This document shows, one piece after another, positions 38,553-52,255 of a stretch of DNA of 64,000 bases (its first letter is position 1; every line of letters begins with the position of its first letter). The DNA is taken from contig NC_043012.1 in the NCBI RefSeq assembly GCF_006345805.1, positions 12,524,001 to 12,588,000 on the forward strand, written 5' to 3'. The notes below the pieces were generated by a model. It had not been told where the DNA came from and searched no databases. It saw nothing but the letters and a program-made list of their open reading frames with translations. A program made the position numbers and the translations under genes. Origin of the DNA: Octopus sinensis (lineage: Eukaryota).

Positions 38553-39317
38553 ACATATATATATATATATATTACGCACACACGAGAGAGAGAGAGAGAG
38601 GGGGAGGGAGAGGGAAAGAGAGAGAGTGTGTGTGTGTGTGCGTGCGCGCGCTCGAGTGCAATGCATGTGGCGCACGTGTGCGTATGTGGCTTTGAGTGTG
38701 TTTACGTATGTATGTAAATCGTAGAAAACCAACAATAACAATGCTTCACAAAACGTCACGAAACAAAAATTATGTCACACGTTTAGATCCGTCTGCGTAT
38801 TATTATTAGAAAGTGTGGAAACAGAGAGCGTGAATCTATGTGAGATCCCCAATCTAGTCATAGAATGATAATTTCTTTTGAACTAATATACACATAATGG
38901 ATATATTTCATACAAAATAATACATTAGAGCGTTAGACTTCCAAGGGAAATAACTCTGCCTTATAATTTCATTGTTATCTCCCATGATATCCATATTTAT
39001 TACATGCATCTAGCAGGAATCCCATTTGAAAATTTTCATCTGCATTGCCCCTCCGCTGCTGATAGTATAATAGGGGTCGTAGAATCATTAGAGCATTTGA
39101 CAAAAATGAACGACAACAGTTCAAATTCCACCGAGGTAAAATTTGCCTTTCATTATCTATTAAATAAATCACCAAAAAGAACGAGAGTGAATTTTCACCG
39201 GCTAAACTCCCCAGCTCAAACGTTTGCCTTTCTACCTACGTAAGGGATCACTATTGTTTTAATTTATTTTTTTTACCTTCCTTCAGATATTTTTATATTT
39301 CTTTACGTTTAGCAGGA

Positions 39318-39960
39318 AGGCGCATGACTGACTGATTCTAATATTCGGTTCACTATCGTAAGGTCGTGCGTTCGATTTCCGGCGGCGCGTTTTGTCGTTC
39401 AGTAAGACATTTTTTTCACGTTGATCCTGACCGCTCAGCTGGGAAAAAAAAATGAGGAGTACGTGCCCCGTATTTCAATGGGCTAGCATTGTCACATTCT
39501 TTAGTTAATGTGTCTTCATCGGTGGAGAGGTGAAACACGAATGCCTGAGTGATTACCGGTCTTCCATAAATAACCTTGCACAGACTTGAGCCTCGGAGAC
39601 TAACATTCTAGGTGCAATCACATAATCATTCATTAACCGAAGGGGGTCTTCACCTTTGTATTTAGGTAATTTTACTGTCAATAAAAATTTCAGAACTCGC
39701 AAACCTTCATTTACATTGCCTGTAAGATTTGCATTATACCAGCCTGAGAACCCAAAATAAGTAGTTGAAGTGGCACAAAGATTAAGAGATATAATCGATG
39801 CTACAACTTTTTTCTTATTCTTCATTTGGTCTGCACTTACCCTGTGCTCCTTTTTCTTTCACGAGTGCCTGTGGAATGCTCAGCCACTTGCCCGTTAATT
39901 TACCAGCAGGCTCTTCCGTTGATCGGATCAACTGGAACGCTTGCCGTCGTAACCGGTTGA
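39318..39960 (+). mobile_element. Diverged SINE (family c/d-like) with a nested ~350-bp insert also found at ~41900-42258
   Basis: Head at 39318. The family c tail resumes at ~39863 (GTGGAATGCTCAGCCAC...GGATCAAC). The insert is shared with the 41707 element. Confidence 0.6.
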
Positions 39961-40321
39961 ACACCAGTAACGTTTAGATTTCAAATTCCGTTGGCGTTTG
40001 TCTTAACGTTAATGCTTCGGCGTTTTAAGGAATGTGTAACAATCAAGTAATGCAGTCGGTTCAATTTGTGGCATTATGCTTCTGTTAGATTCTTCGGAAG
40101 TTCTATTAGGGTGGTGGAGAGTAGAGCGAGTAAGACTTTGGCCCAAATGTTCGTGAACCATTGCGATCTACGTTGAAATTGTACTGAAGTGGAGGACCAT
40201 TCTATTCGTTCGTCGATAAAGTAACCACCAGTCAAATATTGTAGCTGATTCACTCATTGACAAAACACTATAGAGTTGTCATGGCATCAGAAATCACAAT
40301 AACTATTACTATTACCAGAGC

Positions 40322-40428
40322 GTTGTCGTCTTCGTGCCGTCGCCGCCGCCATCATCGTCGTCGTCGTCATCGTCATCATCACCACCACCACCACCACCAC
40401 CACCAGCACCAGCACCACCAGCACCACC

Positions 40429-40460
<32 letters not shown>

Positions 40461-40499
40461 AATCATCATCGTCGTCGTCATCGTCGTCGTCGTCGTCAC
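40322..40499. repeat. Compound (CGT)/(CAT)/(CAC) trinucleotide repeat
   Basis: Directly visible; it produces the poly-His/Arg pseudo-ORF. Confidence 0.95.
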
Positions 40500-41444
40500 T
40501 AAGCCTAACAACGGCCTAAAACATTTAAGGAATTATCTGCGATCAAGAACCCACACATCATCTCTTATTCACAAATGACATAACTTCTTTTTTCTGAGAC
40601 AATTTTCTCAAGTAATTTCCGCTGTCCCGGTTACGTTATCTACTCCAATTTCATTCGTGAAGGCGGTGTCTGCGTGAGCGTAGATTTATTATATCGATCT
40701 ATGCCTTATGTCTGTCTGTCTGTGTCTCTTTCTCTCTCCCTCATCCCCCCTCTCTCTCTCTTCCACCTTTCTCACCTGTATATTAGAAATAACGACTTTC
40801 TGTTATTCCAGCTGAAAATTTCACTCCTTCATTTCTCCTTCATTCATCTGCAGCCACTATTACTCATCGAACTTCTCAAACCGCCAGCAACTTTGGGGGC
40901 CACGTTTCCCCTATGCTCTCTTTCCTTTCCGAAAGCATCGTCGGTGACTTCTCATACCTCTCACTCCTGTCACAGTTGCTGCCGAATCCTTTGCGATTTT
41001 CATCTCTGTACACCAACTTCCTTGGATTTCCTAACTCTGTATTCCATGCATATTATTACTGTTAAGATGCTGCATGTTATCCCTAGTATTTTGAGACATG
41101 AAATTTTGATAAGAGGAACTGAACTTACTGAATTTAGTAACTATATGCTTCGCATCATTTATCCTGTTATCGAATAACAATTTCACTACACTTTAACATA
41201 CTGCATAGAGAATATGGCAAAAAATTTGAAATCTTGAACTCGCGCTAATTTTCCGCGTATATAATTATAACAGAAGTATGAACCTTCTGAAAATCTGTTC
41301 CCAGAATCACATCCCGATTGCTACATGCTTCCTCAAAAACGGTCAGACATATATTTGGTTATATAATTTCATTAAACGATCAGAATTGCATTCACCTGTA
41401 AAGACTAATCGAGTGTCGAAATAGGTTAAATATGTAATATATTT

Positions 41445-41683
41445 GTGGAGGCGCGTGGCTTAGTGGTTAGGGTGTCAGCACCATGATCGTAAGATTGTGG
41501 TTTCGATTCCTGGACCGGGCGACGCGTTGTGTTCTTGAGTAAAACATTTCAGTTCACGTTGTTCCAGTCCACTCAGCTGGCAAAAATGAGTAACGCTGCG
41601 ATGGAATACATACGCCATAGAAACCGAGAAAACGGGCCCATGAGCCTGGCGAGACTTTAAAAGGGCGCATTTATTTATTTATT
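41445..41683 (+). mobile_element. SINE family d with 15-bp TSD
   Basis: TGGCTTAGTGG (A box), GGTTTCGATTCC (B box), (ATTT)n tail. TSD ATATGTAATATATTT at 41430-41444 and 41684-41698. Confidence 0.88.
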
Positions 41684-41706
41684 ATATGTAATATATTTAG
41701 GCCGTA

Positions 41707-42258
41707 AAGGCGCATGACTCAGTGGTTAGAGCGTCAAGCTCACAATCATGAAGTAGTGTGTTCATTCCCCAGACCATGCAGTATGTTGTGTTCTTCAGCA
41801 AGACACTTTATTTCAGGTTGTTCCAGTTCACTCAGCCGTAGAAATGAGTTGCGAAGTCACTGATGCCAATCTGTATCAGCCTTTACCTTGGATAACATCG
41901 GCGGCGTCTGGTAAGATAGGAGTCTGGTAAGAATGGGCGACTGCTGCTCTTCCATAAAACAACCTTGCTCGGACTTGTGCCTTGGAAGGTAACATTCTAG
42001 GTGCAATCTCATTGTCATTCATGACCGAAGAGGGTCTTTACCTTTGTATTTAGGCAACTTTCATTGATGAAACTTTCAGAACTCTCTGAAAACGCCAAAC
42101 TTCTTTTACATTCCTTGTCAAATTTGCGTTAAACCAGCCTGCGAACCCAAAAGCAGCATCTGAATTGGCACAAAGATTAGGAGATATAAACGAGGCCATA
42201 ACTTTCTTCTTATTCTTCATTTGGTCAGCACTTATCCTGTGACACTTTTTCTTCCACA
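41707..42258 (+). mobile_element. tRNA-head SINE plus ~210-bp extension shared with 39660-39860
   Basis: GGCGCATGACTCAGTGGTTAGAGCG head; ..CTAGGTGCAATC..ACCGAAG.GGGTCTT.ACCTTTGTATTTAGG then a shared extension. Confidence 0.65.
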
Positions 42259-42754
42259 TGAATATCGCAGCTCTGTCCACAGACCACTTTACGCCACAAA
42301 ATCAGCCACGTTTATTTGTTGCTAACCATGCATATGTTACATCTTTAATCGTAACATCAGTTAGAGCGTCAGCGATAAGGGATATGTCTGGGCCAAGAAT
42401 CTCTCTTAATTTTCTCAATGCATCCCTAACTACTATCGGTCATCCTAAAGACACAACAATTCTTTGTCACAATATAAGAAAGCAATAAAGATTTATGGTA
42501 TAAAACATGATAACTAAATTCAAGGACTCTTTTTGCATACGTACACACATACTCTTTCTCCCTCTCTTTCCCTCTCTTTCCCTCCCTCTCTTTCTCTCTC
42601 ACACTCATGTGCGTGTGTGTGTATATCTGTATGTATGTGAGTGTGTGTGGGTTTGTGTATGTGAGTTTGTGTAGGTGAGTCTGAGAGTATGTGTGCGCAA
42701 GTGTATGCTTTCGTTTGTGAATTTGTGTTTGTATCTATACGTGCGCGTAAAATA

Positions 42755-43860
42755 TTGGGTCATCCCATAAATAATACGGTTTTTACAACTGGATGAAGTA
42801 AAAGTTGGAGCGGGACGGGATAAACTTACCTACATCAACTTGTTATGAAAGTAGGTAGTAATTTTACTTTGTACTTATTCTTAGTGCAAGATTTGAAGAG
42901 TGCAGTTCGATTTTAGCAGTTAGTTTTCAAAGCTAAAATCGAAGTGACAAAGGAGCATATTTGGCATATTTCGCTTTATGAGTTCAATAAAGACAACAAT
43001 GCAACGGAAAGTGCGAGGATTATTAATGCAGTATATGGGAATTGGAGAATAAGCGTAAGCCAATGTCAACGGTGGTGCCGGAAACTACAGCCTAGAAGAC
43101 GAGCCTCGTCCTGGAAGATATACAGAGCTCGACGAGGAAGTCCTGCAAACCCTGGTGGAACAAAATCCTCGTAAATTTTGAGGAACAAACAGAGAAGCTT
43201 GAACTTGGTCATTCACCCATTAATCAACACCTGCGTGTCATCGGAAAAGTCAGCAAATTTGCTCAGTGGGTTCCACACACACTTTCCCAGTCTAATCGCT
43301 CGCAGAGAGTGAATGTGTGCTCATGAATGAACCTTTTTTGAACCGAATAATGGTGGCGAGAATTTGGCTCTCTTTTCGTGATATGAAAGGTTTACATCAT
43401 TTTGAAAGTTTTAAACCCAAACCAGACGATAAGAAAGGAGAACTACTGCGAGCACCTTGAGCGGCTTATTCAGTACTTGGTTTCAAGACGAAAGGTGTTG
43501 TTGCATCAGGATAATGTTTGTCTACATCCAGTGAGGATGATATTCCAAAGGCTGGAGCAGTTTGAATGGGAAATGATGCTGCATCCACCATATTCTCCGG
43601 ATATTGCCCCATCTGATTATCGTGATTTGGACGGAAAAAATATGAATTCAGTAGACGAGGTCAAAACAGTACTGGAGGAGTATATTTTGTCACGGACAAG
43701 TGAATTTGGGAAGAGGGCCCCTGCAACTCTACCAGATGGATGGAAGAGCATTGTTGAAAATGAAGGAGAGTGTATTTTAGATAAAAAAGAACTTCGTTTA
43801 TTTTCATTTTGAAAAATAAAAGACGTATAAAAAAATCGCATTATTTATGGGATGACCCAA
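42755..43860 (+). mobile_element. Mariner (DD34D) with both TIRs, decayed
   Basis: TA|TTGGGTCATCCCATAAATAAT ... ATTATTTATGGGATGACCCAA|TA; WVPH, LHQDN, HPPYSPDIAPSDY. Confidence 0.95.
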
Positions 43861-44325
43861 TATTTGGTGGATAATTAAATCAGAGATAAGCTAAAGAATA
43901 GAAAAGGAAAAAAAAATAATCGCTTTGCTTTTGATTTCCCGTATTAGTGAGTCTCTTCAAAATTCTTTCAGACAGTAATTGGTACTTCCGCTTTGCTTAC
44001 AGGCGCAGTTTAACGTTTCACATCTAATTACGTGCCATTTTGTAGTCGTAGACTTCTTTGAATACTTTCAGTTCTCTAATTGCTGTCTTGAAAAACATTT
44101 AGATATAGTATGGACATAAACACAGGCTTTATTTAAGGAAAAGAAATTCATAGCCAGATTATTTAAACATGAGAAATATTATACAGTTCGAAATTATCGT
44201 ACAAGAATGTTATCTTAGAGAAGAATTGGTGTACATCGTCAAATTTATCCAATTTGAATGAAATCTGTATAAGAATAACAATTGGGAAAGTTAATACGTC
44301 TTTCAGTGGGATAACGTATTTTACA

Positions 44326-44377
44326 ATTAACCATATCAATTAACCATAATTAACCATAATTAACCACAATTAACCAT
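44326..44377. repeat. (AATTAACCAT)n 10-bp repeat, about 5 units
   Basis: Directly visible. Confidence 0.8.
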
Positions 44378-45553
44378 ATGCTTGTTCGTAAGAACGACTA
44401 AGGTCATCTAGTTATCGTTAAGGATGACTGCTGTTTTGCGCAACGGCTTTGTTTGGAGGTAAGATGTGTTGCGCACCGTCAACTGCCCTCTGTCGTCTGT
44501 GTGCATCTTAACATAAGGCGCAAGGCCAGGCCAAGACGAACAGGTAAGAAGACGGATGCAGTGGTTGACCAAGACCGCTTATTATCCTCTTCTTGCTTTT
44601 TGCTCCTTAGAACCAGTGCCAGACTATTAAGTTTAAAGAAGATAAATGGTAACCTTGAAAGAATACTAAACTCACACATACAAATGTTACAAAGAGATGT
44701 GGTGTTTATAACCATAGAATCAGACGATTCATCGTAGTTGTTTTGACGCTGATGGTTTGAATCAGCTGACTGGACATTTAGCCTCTTATAGCAACTCTAC
44801 TATTTGCTGTTTTATGAGATATTTATGTCCCATCGTATTGAATCCAGTATGCTCTGGTACTAATTTTGATGAAAATAGATTAATAAAGGAAAAGGTAGTC
44901 CTAGTAAATCTTAAATTCAGTTTTGAGAGGTGTGCTTAAAGTTGGCTCAGAATTTTCTAGATCAATTTTGATAACGAGCTTTAATCGAAATCTATATTTA
45001 AACACAGCTGCTCCATTACATATATCAAGTCTATAAACATATTACAAAACAAAGCTATAGTTCTACTATAATCTCTATAATTATATTAGTATAGGAGCAG
45101 CTGCAGCTAGTTTCGAATTTATTAATGCCTGGAAATATACACTCACACAAATTTAATGAAATTTAGGAAAAAAAATGTTTTAGAAGGATACGTCTACTCT
45201 TTTGAACTGGTTAACGAAAGTTGATTGAATAAGAATCGTGGCATTGAAGCATTTCATTGCCGAAAACTAGAAAAGCTGTGTGTGTGTGTGTGTGTGTCTT
45301 CAGTTTTATATACTAAGATCTGGAGTGAACGAATAAGTAAATTGGTGAAAAATATGCTACGTGGTTTTTCTTATAACCCCCTGTATATTCCGAGTTCAAA
45401 TCCCTCCCGCCAAGTTTATGTTTGTCTATCATATTTCTTCGATCCATAAAATAAAGTATTCCTTGGCACAAAATGCTTCACCCAGTTAGACGATGTTTTT
45501 ATTGCAATGTAAAGGCAGCAAATCATATGGTCCAGTTTATAAACGTTCAAATA

Positions 45554-46851
45554 TCGGGTCATCCCATAAATAATGTCCGGACTTCTATATTTTCAATTTG
45601 TAAACGCTTTAACAGTATTTTAGAATGTCTAATGGTATCAAGTAATATTTATATGTATTTGGACATTGTTAAACTAATCAAATTTCATTTTGCAGGGTAA
45701 TCTAATTGAAATTACACTAATTGTAACTCTTCAAACATGAATGTGTTTAAACAGCATTTGAAGCACATAATGCTTTATGAGTTAAAAAAAAAGCAAACCT
45801 TGCAGCTTAAGGGACTCGAAATATTCACTGAGTTTATGAAGAAGAGTGCCTGAACGAAATCTTGCAGAAGATGGTTTGCAAAATTCAGAAGTGGTGATTT
45901 CAACCTTGAAGATGAGGCTCGAACAAGACGTCCAATTGAGTTTTATGACACGCTCTCTTTGGCAGAATTTGAAACTCATCATGCAATTTCAGTCGAAGAA
46001 TTGGCAAGGAAGCTTCGTTCAAGCCATACAACTGTTTACTGCCATCTTCAACAGCTTGGAAAGGTCCCCAAACTCGGAAATTGTGTTACTCATGATTTGT
46101 TTCATGCTAGCTGCATATGCGCGTGGATATCTGCTCTTCTCTTCCTCTTTTGTGAACATATCTCGACCTTTTTGGACAGACTGGTGACCTGTGATTGAAA
46201 ATGTCTCTTCTATCAAAATGTTAAGCGTTGTAGACATTGGTTTAGCGAAGGGGAAAAGACCCAGCCACAACAGAAAAGGAAACTCCATGCGAAGAAGGTT
46301 CTCCTTTTTGTTTGGTAGGATTGTAAAGGAGTCATCCACTTTGAATTGCCATTAATTAATGAAACAATCAATGCTCAGGTCTACTGTCAGCAATTACATC
46401 GTTTGAACACTCTCGGCAATTAGAGCGTTTGAAGAAAAAAATGGCTGCTTTAGTGAATCGAAAGTGATTGTTTCATCAGGACAATGCAAGACCTCACACT
46501 GCAAAGATCCCTTTACAGAAGATCGAGGAACTTCGCTGGGAGGAAATTTCTCATCCACCTCATCCTCCAGACCTCGATCCTTCAGATTACTATTTGTCCT
46601 GTGGTTTACAGAATCATTTGGAGGGATTAACTCACGAAATAACTTAGGAAGTCGAAACCGAACTTTCAGACTTCTTCTCTTCGAAATTGAAAGAGCTTTT
46701 CACTAATGGGATTAAAAATCTTACGAGTAGATGGAAAGACCCCATAGATAATCATGGAAACTATATTGACGATTAAGATTCATTAAAATGTAAGATTTGA
46801 TCACTTGTTTTCCTTATTTAAAATCCAGACATTATTTATGGGATGACCTGA
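45554..46851 (+). mobile_element. Full-length (~1.3 kb) mariner, transposase pseudogenised
   Basis: TA|TCGGGTCATCCCATAAATAATGTCCGGA ... TCCAGACATTATTTATGGGATGACCTGA|TA; fragments RWFAKFRSGDFNLEDE, LDRLVTCD, FHQDNARPH, PDLDPSDYYL. Confidence 0.95.
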
Positions 46852-47027
46852 TAGTACCAGGTACAACTTTTATTTCTGTAGATTTTATTTCTGTAGATTT
46901 GATGAATTATACAATTATTATAAATCATGGAAAGCAATTCAAATGACTGTATATTTTTTCTTATAACTTAGTGGTATTATATCATTGTGACAAATCAGTT
47001 CCTTAAAGAATAAGTTTAAATTTTCAG

Positions 47028-47184
47028 CATTCAGGAAATTCTACTAACGCCGATGGAACGTATTGAAGAATACGTGTATTTACTGACCGCTTTGCTGACG
47101 CATACAGCTATGGACCACTCAGACAGACCAGACCTATTCAAAGCTATTGGCTCTTTTAAAGAAGTGAATTCTTTCATTCAACAG
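47028..47184 (+). CDS. ECT2L: RhoGEF (DH) exon, IQEILLTPMERIEEYVYLLTALLTHTAMDHSDRPDLFKAIGSFKEVNSFIQQ
   Basis: attttcag| ... CAG|GTATGG; phase 2-0; DH CR3 motif LL.P..RI..Y..LL and H.D..DL. Confidence 0.93.
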
Positions 47185-47358
47185 GTATGGTGCCTTCACA
47201 TTTGAACCTTACAATTCTTTGACAATTTCTTGAATTTCATGAGAATACATTGAATATATATCATGTATCTTTTACATGATATACAATATTTTTGCTGCAT
47301 ATTGTTTGATAATGACTCTTACCAGTTAGTTAAGTGTGGGAATATGAATTTACATATA

Positions 47359-47576
47359 CAAGGTTGGACAAAAGTCACCTGACAGTAAATCAAAACCCAT
47401 CTAATTCCAAGATTAGAACAAAAAAAAAAATATATGAAACTTTGCTAATAAATAGACAGGTGATTTTAACTCACAGCATTCAATTATCAAACTTTCATTG
47501 GAATGAATAAATAAAATTGAATATTAAGTATTCGTAAAATTCTGATTTACTGTTCAGTAACCTTTAGTCAACACTG
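47359..47576. mobile_element. Tc1/mariner-type MITE with TA TSD
   Basis: TA|CAAGGTTGGACAAAAGTCACCTGACAGTAAATCA ... TGATTTACTGTTCAGTAACCTTTAGTCAACACTG|TA (imperfect ~34-bp TIRs). Confidence 0.65.
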
Positions 47577-47797
47577 TATATCAACTTTCTGTTTTAAAGC
47601 CCCCTTTTACAGCTTTATTTATTTTCTAAAAGGTTAATTTTCTTTTTATGCTAGCCACTGTAGAGTTCACTCCTCTACGTAGTGGCAATTTTATCATTAC
47701 TTCGGATTCCCAATCAGGTAATAATAAAACTGAAACGTGTGTTCGTAATCATGCTGTATTGGCCAACATAGCTCGAACCATATTAGTCATCGCCTAA

Positions 47798-48231
47798 GGT
47801 GGCAAGCTGGCAGAAACGTTAGCACCCCGGGTGAAATTCTTAGCAGTATTTCGTCTGCCGTTACGTTCTGAGTTCAAATTCCACCGAGGTTGACTTTGCC
47901 TTTCATCCTTTCGGTGTCGATAAATTAAGTACCAGTTACGCACTGGGGTCGATATAATCGACTTAATCCGTTTGTCTGTCCTTGTTCGTCCCTTCTGTGT
48001 TTACCCCTTGTGAGCAATAAAGAAATAAGAATCTTAGCACGTCAGGCAAAATGCTTAGCGATATTTCGTCTGTCTTTACGATCTGAATTCAATTTTCGCC
48101 GAAGTCGACTTTGCTTTTCATCCTTTCAGGGGTCGATAAATTAAGTACCACTTGCGTACTAGGGTAGATCGAATCGACTGCCCCCCCTCTCCGAAAATTT
48201 CAGGCCTTGTGCCTAGAGTAAAAAGGAATAA
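47798..48231 (+). mobile_element. Dimer of SINE family a with one TSD pair
   Basis: TSD TAGTCAT(C/T)GCCTAA at 47784-47797 and 48232-48245. Confidence 0.85.
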
Positions 48232-48609
48232 TAGTCATTGCCTAATATTTAATTTTTCACACAGCATAATTATTTCTATCTAGTGTTTTAGACCTAAGTA
48301 CATTAAATATGCTAAAGTTAACTCATACTAAACTAGTTTTTAATATAGTAACCAATGGGGACTATACAGAGGAATGACAATAGAATGTGGTTATGATTCA
48401 GATGCATATTCATTCATGTATATACAGATGTAGACAGAGATGCTGTAGGCGCAATGATTTTAGCTAGCAGGCAGTATATGAATTCAAGTATTATGGCTTG
48501 GTCTAATAGTGCCTAATATAGTTGTTTATGATGCATCTTTTGTTATACGACCTTCGTGATATAGAACTTATGATACGGTATTTGTGAATTGATTTCTGCG
48601 GGAGTTGAA

Positions 48610-49170
48610 AGGCGCGGAGAGGTTAGTATGCCGGGCGAAATTCTTAGGGGTATTTCGGCTGCCGTTAGGTTCTGAGTTCAAATTCCGCCGAGTTCGACTT
48701 TGCCTTTCATCCTTTCGGGGTCGATTCAATAAGTACCAGTTACGTACTGGATCGATATAATCGAATTAATCCGTTTGTCTATCCTCGTTTGTTTGTCCTC
48801 TCTGTGTTTAGCCCCTTGTGGGTAGTAAAGAAATAAGAAATAGGTATTTCTTCTGTCTTTGTGTTTTGAGTTCAAATTCCACCGAGGTCGTATTTGGCTT
48901 TCATCCTTTCGGGGTCGATAAATTAAGTACCAGTTACGTAGTGGAGTTGATCTAATCGACTGGCCTCCTCCCCCAAAATTTCGGCCCTTGTACCTAGGTA
49001 GAAAAGAATATTAATTTTCGCTATTTTCTGAGTTCAAATCCCGCCGAGGTCGACTTTGCCTTTCATTCTTTCGGGGTCGATAAATTAAGTACCAGCGAAA
49101 CACTGGAGTCGATGTAATAGACTAGTACCCTCCCAACAAATTTGAGGCCTTGTGCCTCCAGTAGAAAGGG
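48610..49170 (+). mobile_element. Trimer of SINE family a with one TSD pair
   Basis: TSD TTTCTGCGGG(A/C)G(T/C)TGAA at 48593-48609 and 49171-49187. Confidence 0.82.
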
Positions 49171-49866
49171 TTTCTGCGGGCGCTGAAGTGTTACCAGAAA
49201 GTTGATGCTTATGGAGATTTTGATTTAGATAAGGCATCTTCATATTTGAAAATATAAAAGTATGAACTTTTTGGGGAAGATATGTAATGTGCAATGTTGT
49301 CGTATGACTGATGTGCACTAAATTTTCATTGCGAACTGTTACAGGTTTGTCTTTATGGATAGAATGTGGACGAAGAGGAAGTATTTCTTGATATTTGTAG
49401 ATAAAGTAGGGCACTGGTGTGAAAGAATATTCATGTTATTAGTGTTTTCTGAGAAATGTGAAAAGGTCACTATGTTGACAGATATCACCTGGAGATGCGC
49501 TTTAGAAGAATTCATTTCAAAGTTCAATAGGGGAATCTGTCAGTGGATTAAATTATATATTTGTCAGACATGTAATCTCATTATAGAATCAACTTATTTG
49601 ATAGGTTATAGGTGATTGTATGAAATTGAAATGTTTGATCATATTGAACAGAGCTATCTTTAAGCAAATCAGAACTTCAGTATTTTGATTTTGTTATATC
49701 TCATTCATTAATTCTTCCAGCTGACAGTATCATTAACACATTGAAAAAACAAATGCTTAGAGACATTTCTTCCGTCTTGTCCCGTTTTAAGCTCAAATCT
49801 GACGGAGGTCAACTTTAACTTTCATTATTTTGTGACCGATAAAAGTACGAAAACAAGTATTCGAGC

Positions 49867-50171
49867 GGGATTTTTATCTTTTGACCGACAGATTTTAAAA
49901 AATAATTTTTTGTAACTAATATACACAGCCGATAGTTGGTGTTGAAAAACAACAGCAGTAATTTTATTCAGCTGAATACACGTCATTGATTGGTTGAATT
50001 ACCGAAATACGACAACTTTAACAAAAAATAACTTTCAAAATACAGAATTTTCTCAACAACGCCAAGAGTAAAAGATGATTTATGTGACACATTCTACAGG
50101 TATGTGAATTTTGAAAGTGTTTAGTTACAAAAAATTATTCTTTAAATCTGTCGGTCAAAAGGTAAAGACCC
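49867..50171. mobile_element. MITE with ~50-bp TIRs and 6-7-bp TSD
   Basis: TCGAGC|GGGATTTTTATCTTTTGACCGACAGATTTTAAAAATAATTTTTTGTAACTAA ... TTAGTTACAAAAAATTATTCTTTAAATCTGTCGGTCAAAAGGTAAAGACCC|TCGAGC. Confidence 0.82.
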
Positions 50172-50825
50172 TCGAGCGATATAATTGTTTTTGCCTACCC
50201 ACTTTATAATTGCTGTCCTTTTGCAAAATTTAGAAAGAGTCACATTTATTAAGGCGGTGACCTAACAACATCGTTAGAGCATCGGAGAAAAAAAGAATAG
50301 CAGCATTTATTCCGGTCGTTTACATTCTCATTTCAAATATCCCCCCGGGGTAGATAAAATTACGAAGCAGTCAAATACTGATGTCTATGTAATGAACTCA
50401 ATCCCTCCTCTTAAAAAAACTGTTGGCTTTGCACATAAATTAGATACGATTAAACGTTATTTATTACATTACCAAGTTTAACGAATCTACATAGGAATAT
50501 TGGATCGAAAATAATGAAAAATAATGTACACTGAAGCATTATTAGCTGTCAAAAAGTTAAATGTTTAGCATAGAAAAAGATTTTATCTTCAGCTACTGAT
50601 GTTTGATAAAAGAAACAAAAAACAGTTCCATTTGTTTACGCAACTAATGGTCATTAGTGAAAACAATATCACATTTTTTCCCATAAAATATAAGTCTGTC
50701 AAAAGCAAACTTCAAGCAATTAACCCGGTTCATAGATATATACTTTTATATCGAGAACCACCTTTCTTTTTTAGGTTATTCAATAACAAAAACAAACGAC
50801 AAAGGTTACTGTATTCATATATATA

Positions 50826-50857
<32 letters not shown>

Positions 50858-50871
50858 ATATACATACACAC

Positions 50872-50926
<55 letters not shown>

Positions 50927-50927
50927 T

Positions 50928-50959
<32 letters not shown>

Positions 50960-51044
50960 AATATATATACATATATATATACATATCTATATATCTATAT
51001 ACATATATATACAATGCAAATATATATATACAAGTATATATATG

Positions 51045-51086
<42 letters not shown>

Positions 51087-51293
51087 TACACTATGTTTTA
51101 TGTATAGCTTACTGTTTCGTTATAGGTAGGATCAACAAAATAGAAAGTACTCCATCCTGTGAAAGATATATATCATTGAATGTACGCAGTATTAACATAA
51201 CAGATACTAATAGTTACACGCCATGCAGACACGGCATACACGTTTGAAAGACATTTAAATCTTTCTTCAACCCTCTCTGTCTGTATTTCCCAA

Positions 51294-51353
<60 letters not shown>

Positions 51354-51998
51354 AATTCAAATTCAGTCCGTGTAACTAGAATAAAGACATCAAAGTGCAC
51401 TTCCAAATAACCATATCCTAAATTTAATTTCTATCTGCGGAATAAACCACTTCATTTTCCTTTACCGTATCACAAATCCCACTGAGAGATTTTTGCTAAA
51501 ATATTATTAATGTTATATATTAATGTTATATATATATATATGCATTTTAGTCAACTAGAAAAGTCAGTTCAATTAGAGCACCGTCAAAATGGAAGGCATG
51601 GCTGTGTGGTAAGAAGTTTGCTTCTCAACCATGTTGTCTTGGGTTCGGTCCCACTGCGTGACAATTTGTATAAATGACTTCCGCTATAGACCCGGGCCAA
51701 TTAAATATTCGAAGGTGGATTTAGCAGACGGAAACGGAGAGAAACTTGTCTGTGTGCGTCATAGACAAGCGAGCCAACTCACGCCGAGTCCCATCATCAG
51801 AAAAGGATATCGATCTTTTAACACGTATCGATCTTTACAGGGTGGTAAAATACATAAATTCAAAGTTTAGATATTTTACCCCATCCCCGATGCTTTTGGA
51901 GGGCCATCTCCACCATGTCAAATCGCAGCCTACCGTGAACAAACAAAGTACATATATTGTGGTGTATGTGTTATCTATATATGTGATGTGTGTGTTTA

Positions 51999-52032
<34 letters not shown>

Positions 52033-52156
52033 TAGGTTAATGAATTATCCTAGTATGGACAATTCGGTTAACCGATACCCGGGTAGCAAATTCACGTCAG
52101 AAAACACGGTTGAAGTTACATGCTTTCGTGTGGAAATTTGTGTGTTTTTTTTTAAC

Positions 52157-52255
52157 TATAAATAAGTGAAAGAAATGGAGTCGAACGACGATTTTAACAA
52201 AATTCCGAGAATAAAAGAATTTTGTTAAAATCGTCGTTCGACTCCATTCTTTCAC

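Noticed and set aside
40257-40511. His/Arg-rich peptide
   Set aside because: A trinucleotide repeat artefact within an intron.
49085-49615. ORFs of 60-110 aa near 49.1-49.6 kb
   Set aside because: No recognisable motif, partly overlapping a SINE, and no exon is needed between the phase-compatible 47184 and 56453 exons.
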